A stretch of 64,000 bases of DNA from an uncultured delta proteobacterium (GCA_963848295.1 CAWKDB010000010.1:3104001-3168000); one strand, 5' to 3'. Positions 8,730-23,710 are shown, counted from the stretch's first letter. Numbers and translations: made by a program. Notes: generated from the letters alone by a model not told the origin.

Positions 8730-10292
8730 ATGCCCAGCGCCGGGGAAGCGCCGATCGATCGCTACGTCGTGCTCGAGCACCTGTCCGAGGGCGGCATGGG
8801 CGCGATCTATGTCGGCAAGAAGATGGGCGCCGGCGGCTTCGAGATGGAAGTCGTGTTGAAGCAGCTGCTGCCGGAGTTCACGCAGCAGGAAGAGTTCATC
8901 GACCTGTTCCTGCGCGAAGCGAAGCTGTCCGCGACGCTCGATCACGCGAACATCATCCATACGATCGATCTCGTCACCGCGGGCAGCGAGTACTTCATCG
9001 TGATGGAGTACCTGCCGGGCGGCGACCTGCGCACGCTGCTCAAGAAGGCGAAGCGCCGCGGCAAGCGATTCTCGCCCCAGGCCGCGATCTACATCTCGCG
9101 CGAGCTGCTGTCGGCGCTCGCGTACGCACACGCGAAGCGCGACTTCGACGGCAAGCCCTTGCGGCTCATCCATCGCGACGTGTCGCCGTCGAACGTGTTG
9201 CTGTCGAATGCCGGCGAGGTCAAGCTCACCGACTTCGGCATCGCGAAGGCGTCGACCCACACGTCGCTGTTCTACAAGGTCAAAGGCAAGATCGGCTACA
9301 TGTCGCCGGAGCAGGCGAAGAGCGAGCCGCTCGATCACCGCAGCGATCTCTACTCGCTCGCCGTGTGCATGTACGAGATCCTGACCGGTGAGCGGCTGTT
9401 CGTGCATGTCGGCCTCACGACCTCTGCCGACGAGATCTATTCGCAGCCGGTGCCGCTGGTGTCGCGCAAGGTGCCGGGGCTGACCACCGATCTCGACGCG
9501 GTGATGCAGAAGGCGCTCGCGCTGTCACCCGATGCGCGCTATCAGACCGCCGGCGAGTTTCAGGAAGCGCTGATGCGCGTCGCTCATCGCAACGGCTTGC
9601 TCGTGGCGGCGCGCGAGCTCGCTGACGAGCTGCGCGAAGCGTGTGGTCCGAGCGATCAATGGCGCGGCGAAGAAGACGACGAGCTCGACTCCGAGGTCAT
9701 CCCGCGCGCCGGAACCGAGGTCTACGATCCGAACGAAGACGACGACGTCCAAGAGATCAGCATGCTCGAGATCGCGCCGTCGGGCCCGCTATCGATCCAT
9801 AGCCTCGCGGCACGCGCGAGCGCATCGGGTCCGAAGCAGCGACCGAAGACCGAGATCGGTCGGTTCGCCGGCAAAGAGCTAACGTCGATCATCAACATGA
9901 TCGATGGCGAGCACGAAGGCGCGAAGCCGCTCGTCGATCTCGACTCCGGCGTCGCGATGATCGCGAGCAATCCGAGCACGCCGATCTCGATCGCCGCGAC
10001 CGCGACGGGTACGCGCATGCCCGAGACCGACCCCGGGCTCGACCTCGCGACGCCGAGCGATCCGGTCGCGAAGGTCGAGCATCGTCCGGATACGCCGGCG
10101 CCGCTCGAAGGCGATGACCGCGTGCAAGCCAAGCGGCGCCGGAGCACGGGCGCGCGCGCGCCGTCGCTCACCGACAAAGCGCGGCCATCGCGACCTTTTC
10201 CGTGGATGCTGATCGCGATCTTGGTGCTCGCCGGGCTCGTGGTCGCGGTCGTCGTGGCGGTGTCCGGGCCGGGCGTTCCCGCGGTGAAGTAG
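8730..10292 (+). CDS. Serine/threonine protein kinase with C-terminal membrane anchor
   Basis: GGMGAIY, VVLK, HRDVSPSN, DFG, GYMSPEQ, DLYSL; C-terminal transmembrane segment. Confidence 0.95.
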   Translation: MPSAGEAPIDRYVVLEHLSEGGMGAIYVGKKMGAGGFEMEVVLKQLLPEFTQQEEFIDLFLREAKLSATLDHANIIHTIDLVTAGSEYFIVMEYLPGGDLRTLLKKAKRRGKRFSPQAAIYISRELLSALAYAHAKRDFDGKPLRLIHRDVSPSNVLLSNAGEVKLTDFGIAKASTHTSLFYKVKGKIGYMSPEQAKSEPLDHRSDLYSLAVCMYEILTGERLFVHVGLTTSADEIYSQPVPLVSRKVPGLTTDLDAVMQKALALSPDARYQTAGEFQEALMRVAHRNGLLVAARELADELREACGPSDQWRGEEDDELDSEVIPRAGTEVYDPNEDDDVQEISMLEIAPSGPLSIHSLAARASASGPKQRPKTEIGRFAGKELTSIINMIDGEHEGAKPLVDLDSGVAMIASNPSTPISIAATATGTRMPETDPGLDLATPSDPVAKVEHRPDTPAPLEGDDRVQAKRRRSTGARAPSLTDKARPSRPFPWMLIAILVLAGLVVAVVVAVSGPGVPAVK

Positions 10293-10375
10293 GTCAGCGG
10301 AATCTCGGGCGAAACGCCCAACCTAGCCGGTGGACAGCGCGACGGACCCTCCGCTACCATCTCCAAGCCGGGGAG

Positions 10376-11744
<1,369 letters not shown>

Positions 11745-12336
11745 CGCCGCACCGTGAGCGTCAGGCCCTCCGCTTAGCGCGGTAGCGGCGCGAGCGTCAC
11801 CGCGCTAGCCCACTCGGCGCACCGCATGACGCCGTCCTTGGGCGTGTCGCAGCGCGCGGCGCGAAAATTCACCGGCGGTCCGCCGATCGCGAGCGCGGTC
11901 TCGGAGAGGGGAAGCGACAGCTCGACGAGCCACTCTTCGTCTTCGTCGCGCGGGTCGTCGAGCGTGCCGTCGAGGTCGTGTGCGGCGCGAACGCCGAACA
12001 GCGGCGGCGTGACGACCCCGTTCGGATTCACCGCGAGCTGCAAGGCGCCGATCGCGACCTCGAAGTGATCGGTCGAGCGCACGTCTTGATCCGCGGCGTA
12101 GAGGCCGATGTACAGCGTGGTCGCGTCGTGGAGCAGGCGCACTTGCGAGTACGGCCGCGCGAGCTCGCCGGCCGAGACGAACGATCGCGGATGGCCGCGG
12201 CGATTCCAGTCCGGCTCGTCGAGCTCGCCGTCGATCGCGATGCGCTCGCGGGTCGCGGCGATCTCGTTATCGGCGCCGCGTACGACGACGACCCGGCCCT
12301 CGCCGCGCTGACACCCGCACAGCGCGAGCGCGAGCG

Positions 12337-15057
<2,721 letters not shown>

Positions 15058-15158
15058 GCGGACTCCGACTGTATACGATGATCCCCGGTTGACGCGATGC
15101 GTTGGCGGCGAGGCCGTACTTTCTTGCTCTCGCCCGCGAAGGCTGGCACCACGGATGG

Positions 15159-15881
15159 ATGACGAGGAGCAAGCCAACTCCGGAACGATCGAGGATGTTG
15201 CGCGGCCTCGTCACCGCGTTCGCTCGCCGCGTCCGCACCAGCGGCGACCCGCCGCCGTCCGATGACGGCTCCGACGAGCCGAGCGGCAAGCCGGCCGAGG
15301 ACCCGGCCAAGCCTGCGGATCCGGGTCCGAGCGACGCGCCGAAGGAACTGCCAAACGAGCTGCCGGCGATCGAGCCGCCAGACCCGAAAGCCGAGCCCTG
15401 GCCGGATGCGACGCCCCAGCCGATGCGCCCGGTCACGGTCGATCCAGCCGCTCCAACGGGTACGCCAGCTACGGGGCGCGCCAAAACCGAAACCGCGCGC
15501 GTTCCAGCGACAGGCGATTTCGGTGCGCCGCCCGCGATGCCGGCTCAAAGTGCGCCGCCGCAGGTCGCCACCGGAGACGTCTCGCTCGCCGAAGATCCCA
15601 CGAACATGCCGGATGCGCGGCAAGTTCCCGCCGGCAACCCGAGCGATCCGGCGCGGCCACCCGGTCTCGTGCCACGCGGCGACTCGCGCTCGCTGCGCCG
15701 CGATGGCGAATTCGCGCTGATCTATCGCAAGGGCTCGTTCGTGATCTCGCGCTTCGGCAAGCTCGGCACCCGAGGCCAATGGCGGGTGGTCGAGTACCCT
15801 ACCCCGAGCGCAGCGGCGACGTCCTACGCGAAGGAGAGCTCGCGATTCGTCTCGGAGGGGTTCTCGGACTATCGTGGGTGA
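15159..15881 (+). CDS. Pro-rich protein with C-terminal WGR-like domain
   Basis: C-terminus VISRFGKLGTRGQWRVVEYPTPSAAATSYAKESSRFVSEGF resembles the WGR pattern. Confidence 0.55.
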   Translation: MTRSKPTPERSRMLRGLVTAFARRVRTSGDPPPSDDGSDEPSGKPAEDPAKPADPGPSDAPKELPNELPAIEPPDPKAEPWPDATPQPMRPVTVDPAAPTGTPATGRAKTETARVPATGDFGAPPAMPAQSAPPQVATGDVSLAEDPTNMPDARQVPAGNPSDPARPPGLVPRGDSRSLRRDGEFALIYRKGSFVISRFGKLGTRGQWRVVEYPTPSAAATSYAKESSRFVSEGFSDYRG

Positions 15882-16728
15882 GGTGGCGTCCGACGATCCG
15901 AAAACCGCGCGCAAGGCGATCGCGAAGCGCTCGTCGTGGCTGTTGCGGTGGGCACTAGAAGCGCCCGGCCGCTGGCTCGGCAAGCGCAGCGGCATCGGTC
16001 AAGACGTAGGCGGCGCCGCCGATGGCCTGTCGTATCTGCGCCACCTCGTGCGCGGCAATCGCCTGCCGCGCCGCGATGCATTTCGCGATTCGACGCCGGC
16101 CTCGCCGCCCGTGCTGCTGATCCACGGGTTCCTCGGCACGCGCGGCTCGATGTACATGCTCGAGCGCCGGCTCGTCGACGACGGGTTCGTCGTGGTGTCG
16201 TTCAACATCGGCACGCTCAACGTCCGCGACATCCGCGCGTCGGCGTTCATGATCCATCGCAAGATCGAGCGGATCTTGGCGCAGACGCCGTCGCAGAAGA
16301 TCGACATCATCGGCCACTCGATGGGCGGCCTCATCGGCCTCTATTACGTCAAGAAGCTCGGTGGTCACGCGCGGGTTCGCAAGCTGATCATGATGGGCAC
16401 GCCGGTGCGCGGCACGTGGATGGCGCTCGCCGGGGTCGTCACGCTCGGCCTGTGGTCGACCTCGTCATGGCAGCTGTTGCCGCGCAGTCGCTTCCTGGAC
16501 GAGCTAGCGCAAGGGCCGCTGCCGCCCGGGGTCGAGATCCACACCATCGCGGCGGCGCGGGACTGGACCGTACCGCTGGCGACCACACGGCTCGCGGGGG
16601 CCAACGCCGTGACCGTACCGCTCGGTCACTCCAGCTTGGTCGTCTCGGAGGAGGTCTACCGGCGCGTCGTCCAGACGCTCAGGCCGCCCTACGAGCAGTT
16701 CACCGACGAACCGATGGCGACGGACTGA
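15874..16728 (+). CDS. Alpha/beta-hydrolase (lipase/esterase family)
   Basis: PVLLIHGF, GHSMGG nucleophile elbow, GTPVRG, C-terminal GH. Confidence 0.9.
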   Translation: MGEVASDDPKTARKAIAKRSSWLLRWALEAPGRWLGKRSGIGQDVGGAADGLSYLRHLVRGNRLPRRDAFRDSTPASPPVLLIHGFLGTRGSMYMLERRLVDDGFVVVSFNIGTLNVRDIRASAFMIHRKIERILAQTPSQKIDIIGHSMGGLIGLYYVKKLGGHARVRKLIMMGTPVRGTWMALAGVVTLGLWSTSSWQLLPRSRFLDELAQGPLPPGVEIHTIAAARDWTVPLATTRLAGANAVTVPLGHSSLVVSEEVYRRVVQTLRPPYEQFTDEPMATD

Positions 16729-16832
16729 CGGCCACGTAGTTGGCTGCCGTTTGCTTGCGCACCGCGTCGGTTGGGAACTAGAATTTTCCAAGTCTTGGAG
16801 CGGCTGACCGCTCCGGGACGGCCACGCCCTCC

Positions 16833-17765
16833 ATGAACGACCGTCCTCGCTTCGCGCTGCGCTTCATCTCGGGCAAGTACCAGGGTGGCGAGTTCCCGCT
16901 TCGCATGAACCGGGAGATCATCATCGGTCGGTCCAGCGACCTCGACATGGTGCTGGTCGAGGACATGGTGTCGCGCCGCCACGCGAAGATCAGCTCGAAC
17001 GAGCAAGAGGTCTACATCCAGGACATGGGATCGACCAACGGCACGTTCGTCAACGGCGAGAAGATCGCCGGCCGCGCGCTGTTGCACGAAGGCGACCGCA
17101 TCCTGGTCGGCACCTCGATCATCAAGGTCGTCGGGGTCGAGGGCTCGGTCGCGCAACAGACCGAGGCCGAGGCACGGCGCCGGCTCGAAGCGAGCGCGCA
17201 GCAACGCCAGGCGACCCAGGGCCGGCCGATGTCCGGCGTGATCGAAGAGATCCCGCTCCCCGACTTGCTCCAGCTCCTGTCGACGAGCCGCAAGTCCGGC
17301 GTGCTCACCGTCAACAACGGCGTCAGCCTCGGCAAGATCTACCTGCGCAAAGGCTCGATCTACTTCGCGACGATCAACGACGACTTCGCGGTCAGCCCGC
17401 AGAAGGCGATCTACCGGATGCTGACCTGGCTCACCGGCACGTTCGAGCTCGAGCCGAGCGTCGAGCTCCAGGTGATGGAAGAGATCCAAGAATCGACGGA
17501 GGGTTTGCTCATGGAAGGCGTCCGCCAGCTCGACGAGTTCCGTAATCTCCAGAAACAGCTGCCCCCGCTCGGGTCGCCGCTCGCCGTGCCGACGCCGCTC
17601 GCCGGCAAGCTGCGCGAGCTCACGCCGTCCGAGCTCGATACCTTCCAGCTCGTCCTCGATCACGGCCAGCTGCAAAAAGTTCTCGATAATTTCCCGGGCA
17701 CTGACCTCGACGCGGCGCAGAACATCATCAGCCTGATGAAGCGCGAATTCGTCGTCGTCCCCTAA
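16833..17765 (+). CDS. FHA domain + DUF4388 protein
   Basis: IIGRS, VSRRHA, DMGSTNGT (FHA); MSGVIEEIPLPDLLQLLSTSRKSGVL (DUF4388). Confidence 0.9.
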   Translation: MNDRPRFALRFISGKYQGGEFPLRMNREIIIGRSSDLDMVLVEDMVSRRHAKISSNEQEVYIQDMGSTNGTFVNGEKIAGRALLHEGDRILVGTSIIKVVGVEGSVAQQTEAEARRRLEASAQQRQATQGRPMSGVIEEIPLPDLLQLLSTSRKSGVLTVNNGVSLGKIYLRKGSIYFATINDDFAVSPQKAIYRMLTWLTGTFELEPSVELQVMEEIQESTEGLLMEGVRQLDEFRNLQKQLPPLGSPLAVPTPLAGKLRELTPSELDTFQLVLDHGQLQKVLDNFPGTDLDAAQNIISLMKREFVVVP

Positions 17766-17790
17766 CCAGCGGCGCTGCTACACTAGAGGC

Positions 17791-18207
17791 GTGCCCCCGG
17801 CGCAGATCAGAGTCGAGACGGTCGACATCGACGAGCGGCTGCGATCGCCGTATCGCGGGGTGGTCACCGGCCGCGCGACGCTGCGCCTGACGGTCTCGAT
17901 CGCACCGCGCGGCATGATGCCGTGCGAGGTCACGCTCGAAGTCGATGACACCTCGGTCGAGGTCTGCGATCACCGCGGCTGCTTCGCCATCACCGAGATC
18001 GATCAACTGTTCGTCGTCGAGCGGCAGCCACCGGCCTGGCGATTCTTGACGTGGTTCGGCGTGTTCGTGCGCCGTCGCGGTCGCGCCGACCGGCTGCTGA
18101 TCGAGACGCCTGATGGTCGAGTCGCGCGGTTCGTCGAGCGCACGGTCGAGCAGCGCCTCGGGTTGCGCGACGAGGCGGTCGAAGGCGAATTGCGCGTCGA
18201 GCCCTGA
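17791..18207 (+). CDS. Hypothetical protein
   Basis: 138-aa ORF co-oriented in the operon, fills the gap between neighbours. Confidence 0.55.
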   Translation: MPPAQIRVETVDIDERLRSPYRGVVTGRATLRLTVSIAPRGMMPCEVTLEVDDTSVEVCDHRGCFAITEIDQLFVVERQPPAWRFLTWFGVFVRRRGRADRLLIETPDGRVARFVERTVEQRLGLRDEAVEGELRVEP

Positions 18208-18231
18208 GCTCATTCGTGTTACGAAGGCTTC

Positions 18232-19005
18232 GTGATTCGCGAGGCTGCCACGGTCATCTTGCTGCGCAGGGCCAAGCCCGGCTTCGAGGTGTTCTTCGTG
18301 CGGCGACATCGCGGAGCCTCGTTCATGGCGTCGTCGTACGTGTTCCCCGGAGGCGTGGCCGAGGCCGGCGAAGACGCACGCACGGCCGCGGCGCGCGAGC
18401 TGTTCGAAGAGGCTGGCGTGCTGCTCGCGGTCGGCGCGCCGAACGCCGAGTCCGAGACTCTCGAGATGGCGAGCCAAGAGAAGCTGCGCCAGCGCGTGCT
18501 CGCCGGCGCCGAGGCGACCGCGGTGCTGCGGCTCGCCGGCTTGACCTGGGCGACCGATGCACTCGCGCCGTGGTCGCACTGGATCACGCCATCGATCGAG
18601 AAGAAGCGGTTCTCCGCGCGCTTCTTCGTTGCCGAGCTCCCGTCGGGTCAAGAGCCGAGCTTCGACAAGTCGGAGACGGTCGATCAGCTATGGATTCACG
18701 CCGACGAGGCGATCTCGCGCGGGGCCGAGCTCAAGCTGCCGCCGCCGCAGATCCGCACGTGCTGGGAATTGTCGCAGTATGCGCTGCTCGGCGACGTGCT
18801 CGCTGCGTCGAAGGAGCGCGCCGCGGAACCGCACCCGATCATGCCGCGGCTCGCTCCCGGCGAGCAGCCGCGCTTGCTGCTGCCGTGGGATCCCGACTAC
18901 ATGACCGCGGGTACCGGCGAGGCCACGCCGTTGACCTACCAGCCGTCGTGGGCGGTCGGCCCGAGCCGGTTCGAGCTCGACGGCGATCGCTGGAAGCACG
19001 TCTAG
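18232..19005 (+). CDS. NUDIX hydrolase
   Basis: AATVILLR, YVFPGG...AARELFEEAG, WSHWITP...RFSARFF. Confidence 0.9.
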   Translation: MIREAATVILLRRAKPGFEVFFVRRHRGASFMASSYVFPGGVAEAGEDARTAAARELFEEAGVLLAVGAPNAESETLEMASQEKLRQRVLAGAEATAVLRLAGLTWATDALAPWSHWITPSIEKKRFSARFFVAELPSGQEPSFDKSETVDQLWIHADEAISRGAELKLPPPQIRTCWELSQYALLGDVLAASKERAAEPHPIMPRLAPGEQPRLLLPWDPDYMTAGTGEATPLTYQPSWAVGPSRFELDGDRWKHV

Positions 19006-19017
19006 CACCTCGTCGTC

Positions 19018-19905
19018 GTGCGCGAACCTCAACTTCACGTCGGCTACCGCTCGTTCACGGCGATCGATCCGGTGCAGGGCGCCGACATCCCGGTGCGCGT
19101 GCTGTACCCGACGCGCGCCGCCGCGCAGCCGAGCGCGTTCGGCTCGTACCTGCTCGACGTCGCGATCGATGCGCCGGTCGCGGGCGAGCGCTTGCCGGTG
19201 ATCGCGGTGTCGCACGGCACCGGCGGCTCGTGCTGGGGCTATCGCGGGCTCGCGGCCGTGCTCGCGCGCGCCGGCTTCGCGGTCGCGTTGCTCGAGCATC
19301 CCGGCAATCGCCGCACCGACAACGCGCTCGCCGATACGCCGGCGAACCTCGCCAATCGCCCGCGTCACGTCCGGCTCGCGATCGATGCCGCGCTCGGCGA
19401 TGCGTTGATCGGGCCGCACCTCGCCTCCGATCGCGCGATCGTGATCGGTCACTCGCTCGGCGGCTACACCGCGGTTGCGGTCGCGGGCGGCCACCCGCTG
19501 GCGCTGCCGAACCAGACGCCGGACCGGGTCGCGCATCCGGTCGCGGTCGACCCCGATCCTCGGGTGCGCGCCGTCGTCCTGCTCGCGCCCGCGCTACCGT
19601 GGTTCATGGCGCCGGGTGCGCTCGCCGATGTCCGCGTGCCGTTGCTCGTCCGCGCCGGCGAACGCGACGACATCATGCCGCCGTTCTACATCGAGACGAT
19701 CTTGCGCGGCCTTCCCGCGGACGCGCGGCTCGACTATCGCGTCGTCCCGAACGCCGGCCACTTCGCGTTCCTCGCGCCGTTTCCACCGGCGCTGGCGAGC
19801 CCGCGATTTCCGCCGTCGCAAGATCCGCCGGGCTTCGATCGCGTCGCGTATCACGACGAGCTCGCGCGCGAGGTGCTCGCGTTCGTCAGCGCGGCGCGAG
19901 GTTGA
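19018..19905 (+). CDS. Alpha/beta-hydrolase (dienelactone hydrolase-like family)
   Basis: SHGTGG, GHSLGG, AGHFAFL. Confidence 0.85.
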   Translation: MREPQLHVGYRSFTAIDPVQGADIPVRVLYPTRAAAQPSAFGSYLLDVAIDAPVAGERLPVIAVSHGTGGSCWGYRGLAAVLARAGFAVALLEHPGNRRTDNALADTPANLANRPRHVRLAIDAALGDALIGPHLASDRAIVIGHSLGGYTAVAVAGGHPLALPNQTPDRVAHPVAVDPDPRVRAVVLLAPALPWFMAPGALADVRVPLLVRAGERDDIMPPFYIETILRGLPADARLDYRVVPNAGHFAFLAPFPPALASPRFPPSQDPPGFDRVAYHDELAREVLAFVSAARG

Positions 19906-20299
19906 GCTCGAGCCAATACAAGCCGAGCGTCTTGACCGCGTCGCTGAACGTCAGGAAGTCGACCGGCTTGCGCACGTAGCTGTTCGCGCCGAGGCGATAG
20001 CCTTCGGTCACGTCGCGATCTTCGTTCGACGACGTCAAGATCACGATCGGCAGCGATCGAGTCGTCGGCTGAGCGCGGACCTTGCGCAACAAGCCGATGC
20101 CGTCGAGCCGAGGCATGTTGAGATCGATCAACACGAGATCGGGACGCAGCGGCGGCGCGCCGTGGAGCAGCTCGAGCGCTTCGATGCCGTCGCGCGCGCG
20201 GACGATCCGGGTCGCGAGCTTGTGCTTGTTGAGCGCACGCAGCGTCAGCTCGGCGTCATCGTCGTTGTCCTCGACGAGCAGGATCGTCTTGTCGTTCAT
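19886..20299 (-). CDS. Single-domain response regulator
   Basis: LLVEDN, DLNMP, LTSS, ANSYVRKP. Confidence 0.95.
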   Translation of the reverse strand: MNDKTILLVEDNDDDAELTLRALNKHKLATRIVRARDGIEALELLHGAPPLRPDLVLIDLNMPRLDGIGLLRKVRAQPTTRSLPIVILTSSNEDRDVTEGYRLGANSYVRKPVDFLTFSDAVKTLGLYWLELNLAPR

Positions 20300-21684
20300 G
20301 ACTGTTCTGCCGCGTCGGATCCAGACAACGTGAATAGGAATGTAGCCCCTTTGTCGGGCTCGCTGGTCGCCCAGATCCGGCCACCGTGGCGGTGGACGAT
20401 GCGTTGCACCGTCGCGAGGCCGATCCCGGTACCAGAAAATTCCCTAGCCTCGTGCAACCGCTGGAAAGCACCGAACAGCTTGTCGGCGTAGCGCGGATCG
20501 AAGCCGACCCCATCGTCGCGCACGAACAGCGCTCGCTCGCCGTCGTCGGTGACGGCGCCGACCTCGATGTGGGCATGCGCGCGCTTCGCCGTGAACTTGA
20601 AGGCATTACCGAGCAGGTTGTCGAGCACGATGCGTACGAGGCGCGGGTCGGCGTGGACGATCAGCTCGGGTGCGATCGTGACCTCGAGCTCGCGCCCGGG
20701 GTTGGTCTCGCGCAGCTCGGCGATCGCTTCGAGCGCGACCGCGCTGAGGTCGAAGCGTTGGACCTCCATCTTCGAACGCGTGACTCGCGACAGCGCGAGG
20801 ATGTCGTCGATCAGCACGCCCATGCGCTGGGTGCCGGCGCGCACGCGATCGAGGTGGCGCTTGGCCGGTTCGTCGAGCTTATCCCCGCTGTCCTCGAGGA
20901 GCGCCTGCGAGAAGCCGTCGATCGCGCGCAGCGGCGTGCGCAAGTCGTGGCTCACCGAATAGCTGAACGACTCGAGCTCGGCGTTGAGCGTGATGCTCGC
21001 GGCGAGCGCACCGGCGGTCTTGGTCTCGGCGCGTTCGCGCTCGCGGATCTCGTAGCGATTGATCACGAAGGCCGACAGCAACAACCCGAACGCGAACGCC
21101 GCCGAGCCCGCGAAGAACAGCATCGCTCGTCCGGACTGGTCGCTCGAGTCGGCTTCGCGCTGGTCGAGTAACTCGTGCTCGCGTGCGATCAGGTCGCTGG
21201 CGTGACGGCGGATCGCTTCGTCGAGCTGACCGTTCGCGAGCGAGTGTGCGTCGTCGAGTGGGAGGTCCTTGCCGAGCGAGTCGCGAGTCGCGAGTTGTGC
21301 TCGCATGCGAGCGATCCGATCGGCGACCAGCGGCTCGAGCTCGGCGATCCGACGTAATTGCTCGGGATCGTCTGCGGTCAAGGCGCGAACGCTCGTGATC
21401 CCTCTGGGCACCGCCGCTACTTCTTGCTCGAATGTAGTGCGGTAGCTGACGTCGCCGGTCAAGCCGTACGCGCGGCGGACCGATCGCGCTTCGCCGAGTC
21501 GCGCCATGATCTCGACCAGCGCTTCGATCGCCGAATGCGACCGCTCGACCGAGGTCACCGCCGTCGACGCGTCGTGCGCGACGATGACGCCGTTCACTCC
21601 CAAGCCCGCGATCAGCACGAGCCCGACTGCAAACCCGATCGTCGCCGCGCGCCGCCGCTTCCCGCCGGGTACAGACAAGTCCAA
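20296..21684 (-). CDS. CHASE3-type sensor histidine kinase
   Basis: Two TM segments flanking a CHASE3-like helical domain; SVSHDLRTPL, NLLGNAFKF, DDGVGF, GTGIGLA. Confidence 0.92.
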   Translation of the reverse strand: MDLSVPGGKRRRAATIGFAVGLVLIAGLGVNGVIVAHDASTAVTSVERSHSAIEALVEIMARLGEARSVRRAYGLTGDVSYRTTFEQEVAAVPRGITSVRALTADDPEQLRRIAELEPLVADRIARMRAQLATRDSLGKDLPLDDAHSLANGQLDEAIRRHASDLIAREHELLDQREADSSDQSGRAMLFFAGSAAFAFGLLLSAFVINRYEIRERERAETKTAGALAASITLNAELESFSYSVSHDLRTPLRAIDGFSQALLEDSGDKLDEPAKRHLDRVRAGTQRMGVLIDDILALSRVTRSKMEVQRFDLSAVALEAIAELRETNPGRELEVTIAPELIVHADPRLVRIVLDNLLGNAFKFTAKRAHAHIEVGAVTDDGERALFVRDDGVGFDPRYADKLFGAFQRLHEAREFSGTGIGLATVQRIVHRHGGRIWATSEPDKGATFLFTLSGSDAAEQS

Positions 21685-21733
21685 ACCAGCCTATCAGTGG
21701 ATTTGTCCGCGCGCATGGGTGTACGAACGTTGG

Positions 21734-23710
21734 GTGACGGCGCCCGGGCGTTCGAGGTTCGACGACCGCGGTCTGGTCGTCGGCGATCGCCGACTGCCGC
21801 TGTGGTCCGGTGCGATGCACTACTGGCGGGTCGAGCCCACGCGATGGGCCGCATGCTTGCGCGCGATCCATGCGCTCGGGTTGACCTGCGTCGAGACCTA
21901 CGTGCCGTGGCGGGTGCACCAACCCGAGGCCGGGCACGAGGTGTGGACCGGCGAGCGCGATCTCGGGAGATTTCTTAGCGCCGCGCGCGCGGCCGGGCTC
22001 GCCGTCGTGCTTCGTCCCGGCCCGCACATCAACGCCGAGCTCACGGGCTTCGGCATCCCGGACTGGGTGCTCGCGGACCCCGCGTGTCAGGCCCGGACAT
22101 CGCGCGGCACACCCGCGTGGTTGCCCGCACCGCCGCGCGCGTTTCCGATCCCGTCGTACGCGAGCGCGGCGTTTCACGCGAAAGTGCGCGCTTGGTACGC
22201 GGCGGTCGCGCGGATCGTCACGCCGTTTCTCGGCGATCCGGTCGTCGCGATCGGCGTGGATAACGAAGCACAGTTGTTCTTCCGCGCCGGCGCGTACGAC
22301 CTCGACTATCACCCCGATGCGCTGACGTGGTGGGCGGAGGCGAGTGGGCTCCCGCGCGATGCCGCGCCGCGCGCATGGCGACCGCAAGACCCCGCACGCT
22401 GTGTCCGCTGGCTGAAGTTCAAGGACGAGTACCTCGCGCGTGCGCTCGGCGAGCTGTCGCGCGCGCTCGACGATGTCGGGCTCGGTTCGGTCGCCCGGTT
22501 TCACAACCTGCCGCCGGGGCATCACGGCCTCTACGATCTGCGCCGGCTCCAGTCCGCGATCGGCGGCCCGGTCGGCATCGACGCGTACACGCCGCGCGGC
22601 GAGCTCCGCGCGTTGCGCCGCAGGGCGGCCGCGCTCGTCGGCAATGCGCAGCCGGTGCCGCTCGCGCTCGAGGTCGGGATCGGCTTCATGCCGTGGCTCC
22701 CGCCGTTGGATCGCGGCGACGATCCGACCCGCGAACGCGATCAGCTGCTGACGTTGTTCGCCGCCGGCGTGCGCGGGTTCAATCTATTCATGGCGGTCGA
22801 GCGCGATCGGTTCTACGGCGCCGCGATCGATGCGCGCGGTCAGCTCGAGCCGCACGCGACGTGGATCCAGCCGCTCGTCGCGGCGCTCGCCGAAGTCGAG
22901 TGGACGACGCTGCGTCGCGCCGCTCCGGTCGCGGTCGTCGATGTCCGCGCCGACACCCGCATCGCGCTCGCGAGCTCGGTGATCGATCCGGTGACGCCGG
23001 TGCTCGCGGAGTTGCTCGACATGGGACCGGGTGGCGCGGCCGAGCTCGCCGCCGATCCGGCCGGTGCGGTCGCGCGCAGGTGGCAGGACGCGATCGCGAC
23101 CGGGCTCGAGCTCGCGCAAGTGCCGTACGTCATCGTCGACGAGGCTGCGACCGAGGACGAGCTCGCGCGCTATCGCGTCGTGATCGCGCCGACCGCCGAC
23201 CGCATCGATCGCGGGCTGTGGCACCGGCTGCACGCGCTTGCCGAGCAGCGCCGCGCGGTCGATCACACCGCACCGGCCTTCGGCGGCGCTGACGCCCGGC
23301 GGCGAGCCCCGACCGTCGTGGTCATCGGTCCCGGCACGCCGACGAAGGACGAGCTCGACCAACCGCTCGACGAGCCAGCGCCGAAGCGGGTCGGCAAGCT
23401 CAGAGCCGGCTCGCTCGATGACCTCGCCGGGCTCGCCGATGATCTCGCCGGGCTCGTGGGCGTCGCAGGTGACGCGTGGCAGATCGAGCGGCCCGACGAG
23501 GTACGCGCGGCGGCGTTCGCGGCGCCCGACGGGACCGTGCGCGCGGTGTTCGTGACGAGCGACGCGCCGAAGCCGGTGACCGCGGTGATGTTCGCCGACG
23601 GCTCCGCGCTGCGCGATGCGATCAGCGGCGAGCACCTCGCGGTCGCCAACGGCAAGGCGTCGATCGCGATGCCGGCACGGGGCGTGCGGATGTTCGTCGT
23701 TACGGGATGA
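21734..23710 (+). CDS. Beta-galactosidase-like glycoside hydrolase (GH35/GH42-like)
   Basis: SGAMHYWR, VETYVPW, RPGPHINAE, GVDNE. Confidence 0.8.
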   Translation: MTAPGRSRFDDRGLVVGDRRLPLWSGAMHYWRVEPTRWAACLRAIHALGLTCVETYVPWRVHQPEAGHEVWTGERDLGRFLSAARAAGLAVVLRPGPHINAELTGFGIPDWVLADPACQARTSRGTPAWLPAPPRAFPIPSYASAAFHAKVRAWYAAVARIVTPFLGDPVVAIGVDNEAQLFFRAGAYDLDYHPDALTWWAEASGLPRDAAPRAWRPQDPARCVRWLKFKDEYLARALGELSRALDDVGLGSVARFHNLPPGHHGLYDLRRLQSAIGGPVGIDAYTPRGELRALRRRAAALVGNAQPVPLALEVGIGFMPWLPPLDRGDDPTRERDQLLTLFAAGVRGFNLFMAVERDRFYGAAIDARGQLEPHATWIQPLVAALAEVEWTTLRRAAPVAVVDVRADTRIALASSVIDPVTPVLAELLDMGPGGAAELAADPAGAVARRWQDAIATGLELAQVPYVIVDEAATEDELARYRVVIAPTADRIDRGLWHRLHALAEQRRAVDHTAPAFGGADARRRAPTVVVIGPGTPTKDELDQPLDEPAPKRVGKLRAGSLDDLAGLADDLAGLVGVAGDAWQIERPDEVRAAAFAAPDGTVRAVFVTSDAPKPVTAVMFADGSALRDAISGEHLAVANGKASIAMPARGVRMFVVTG

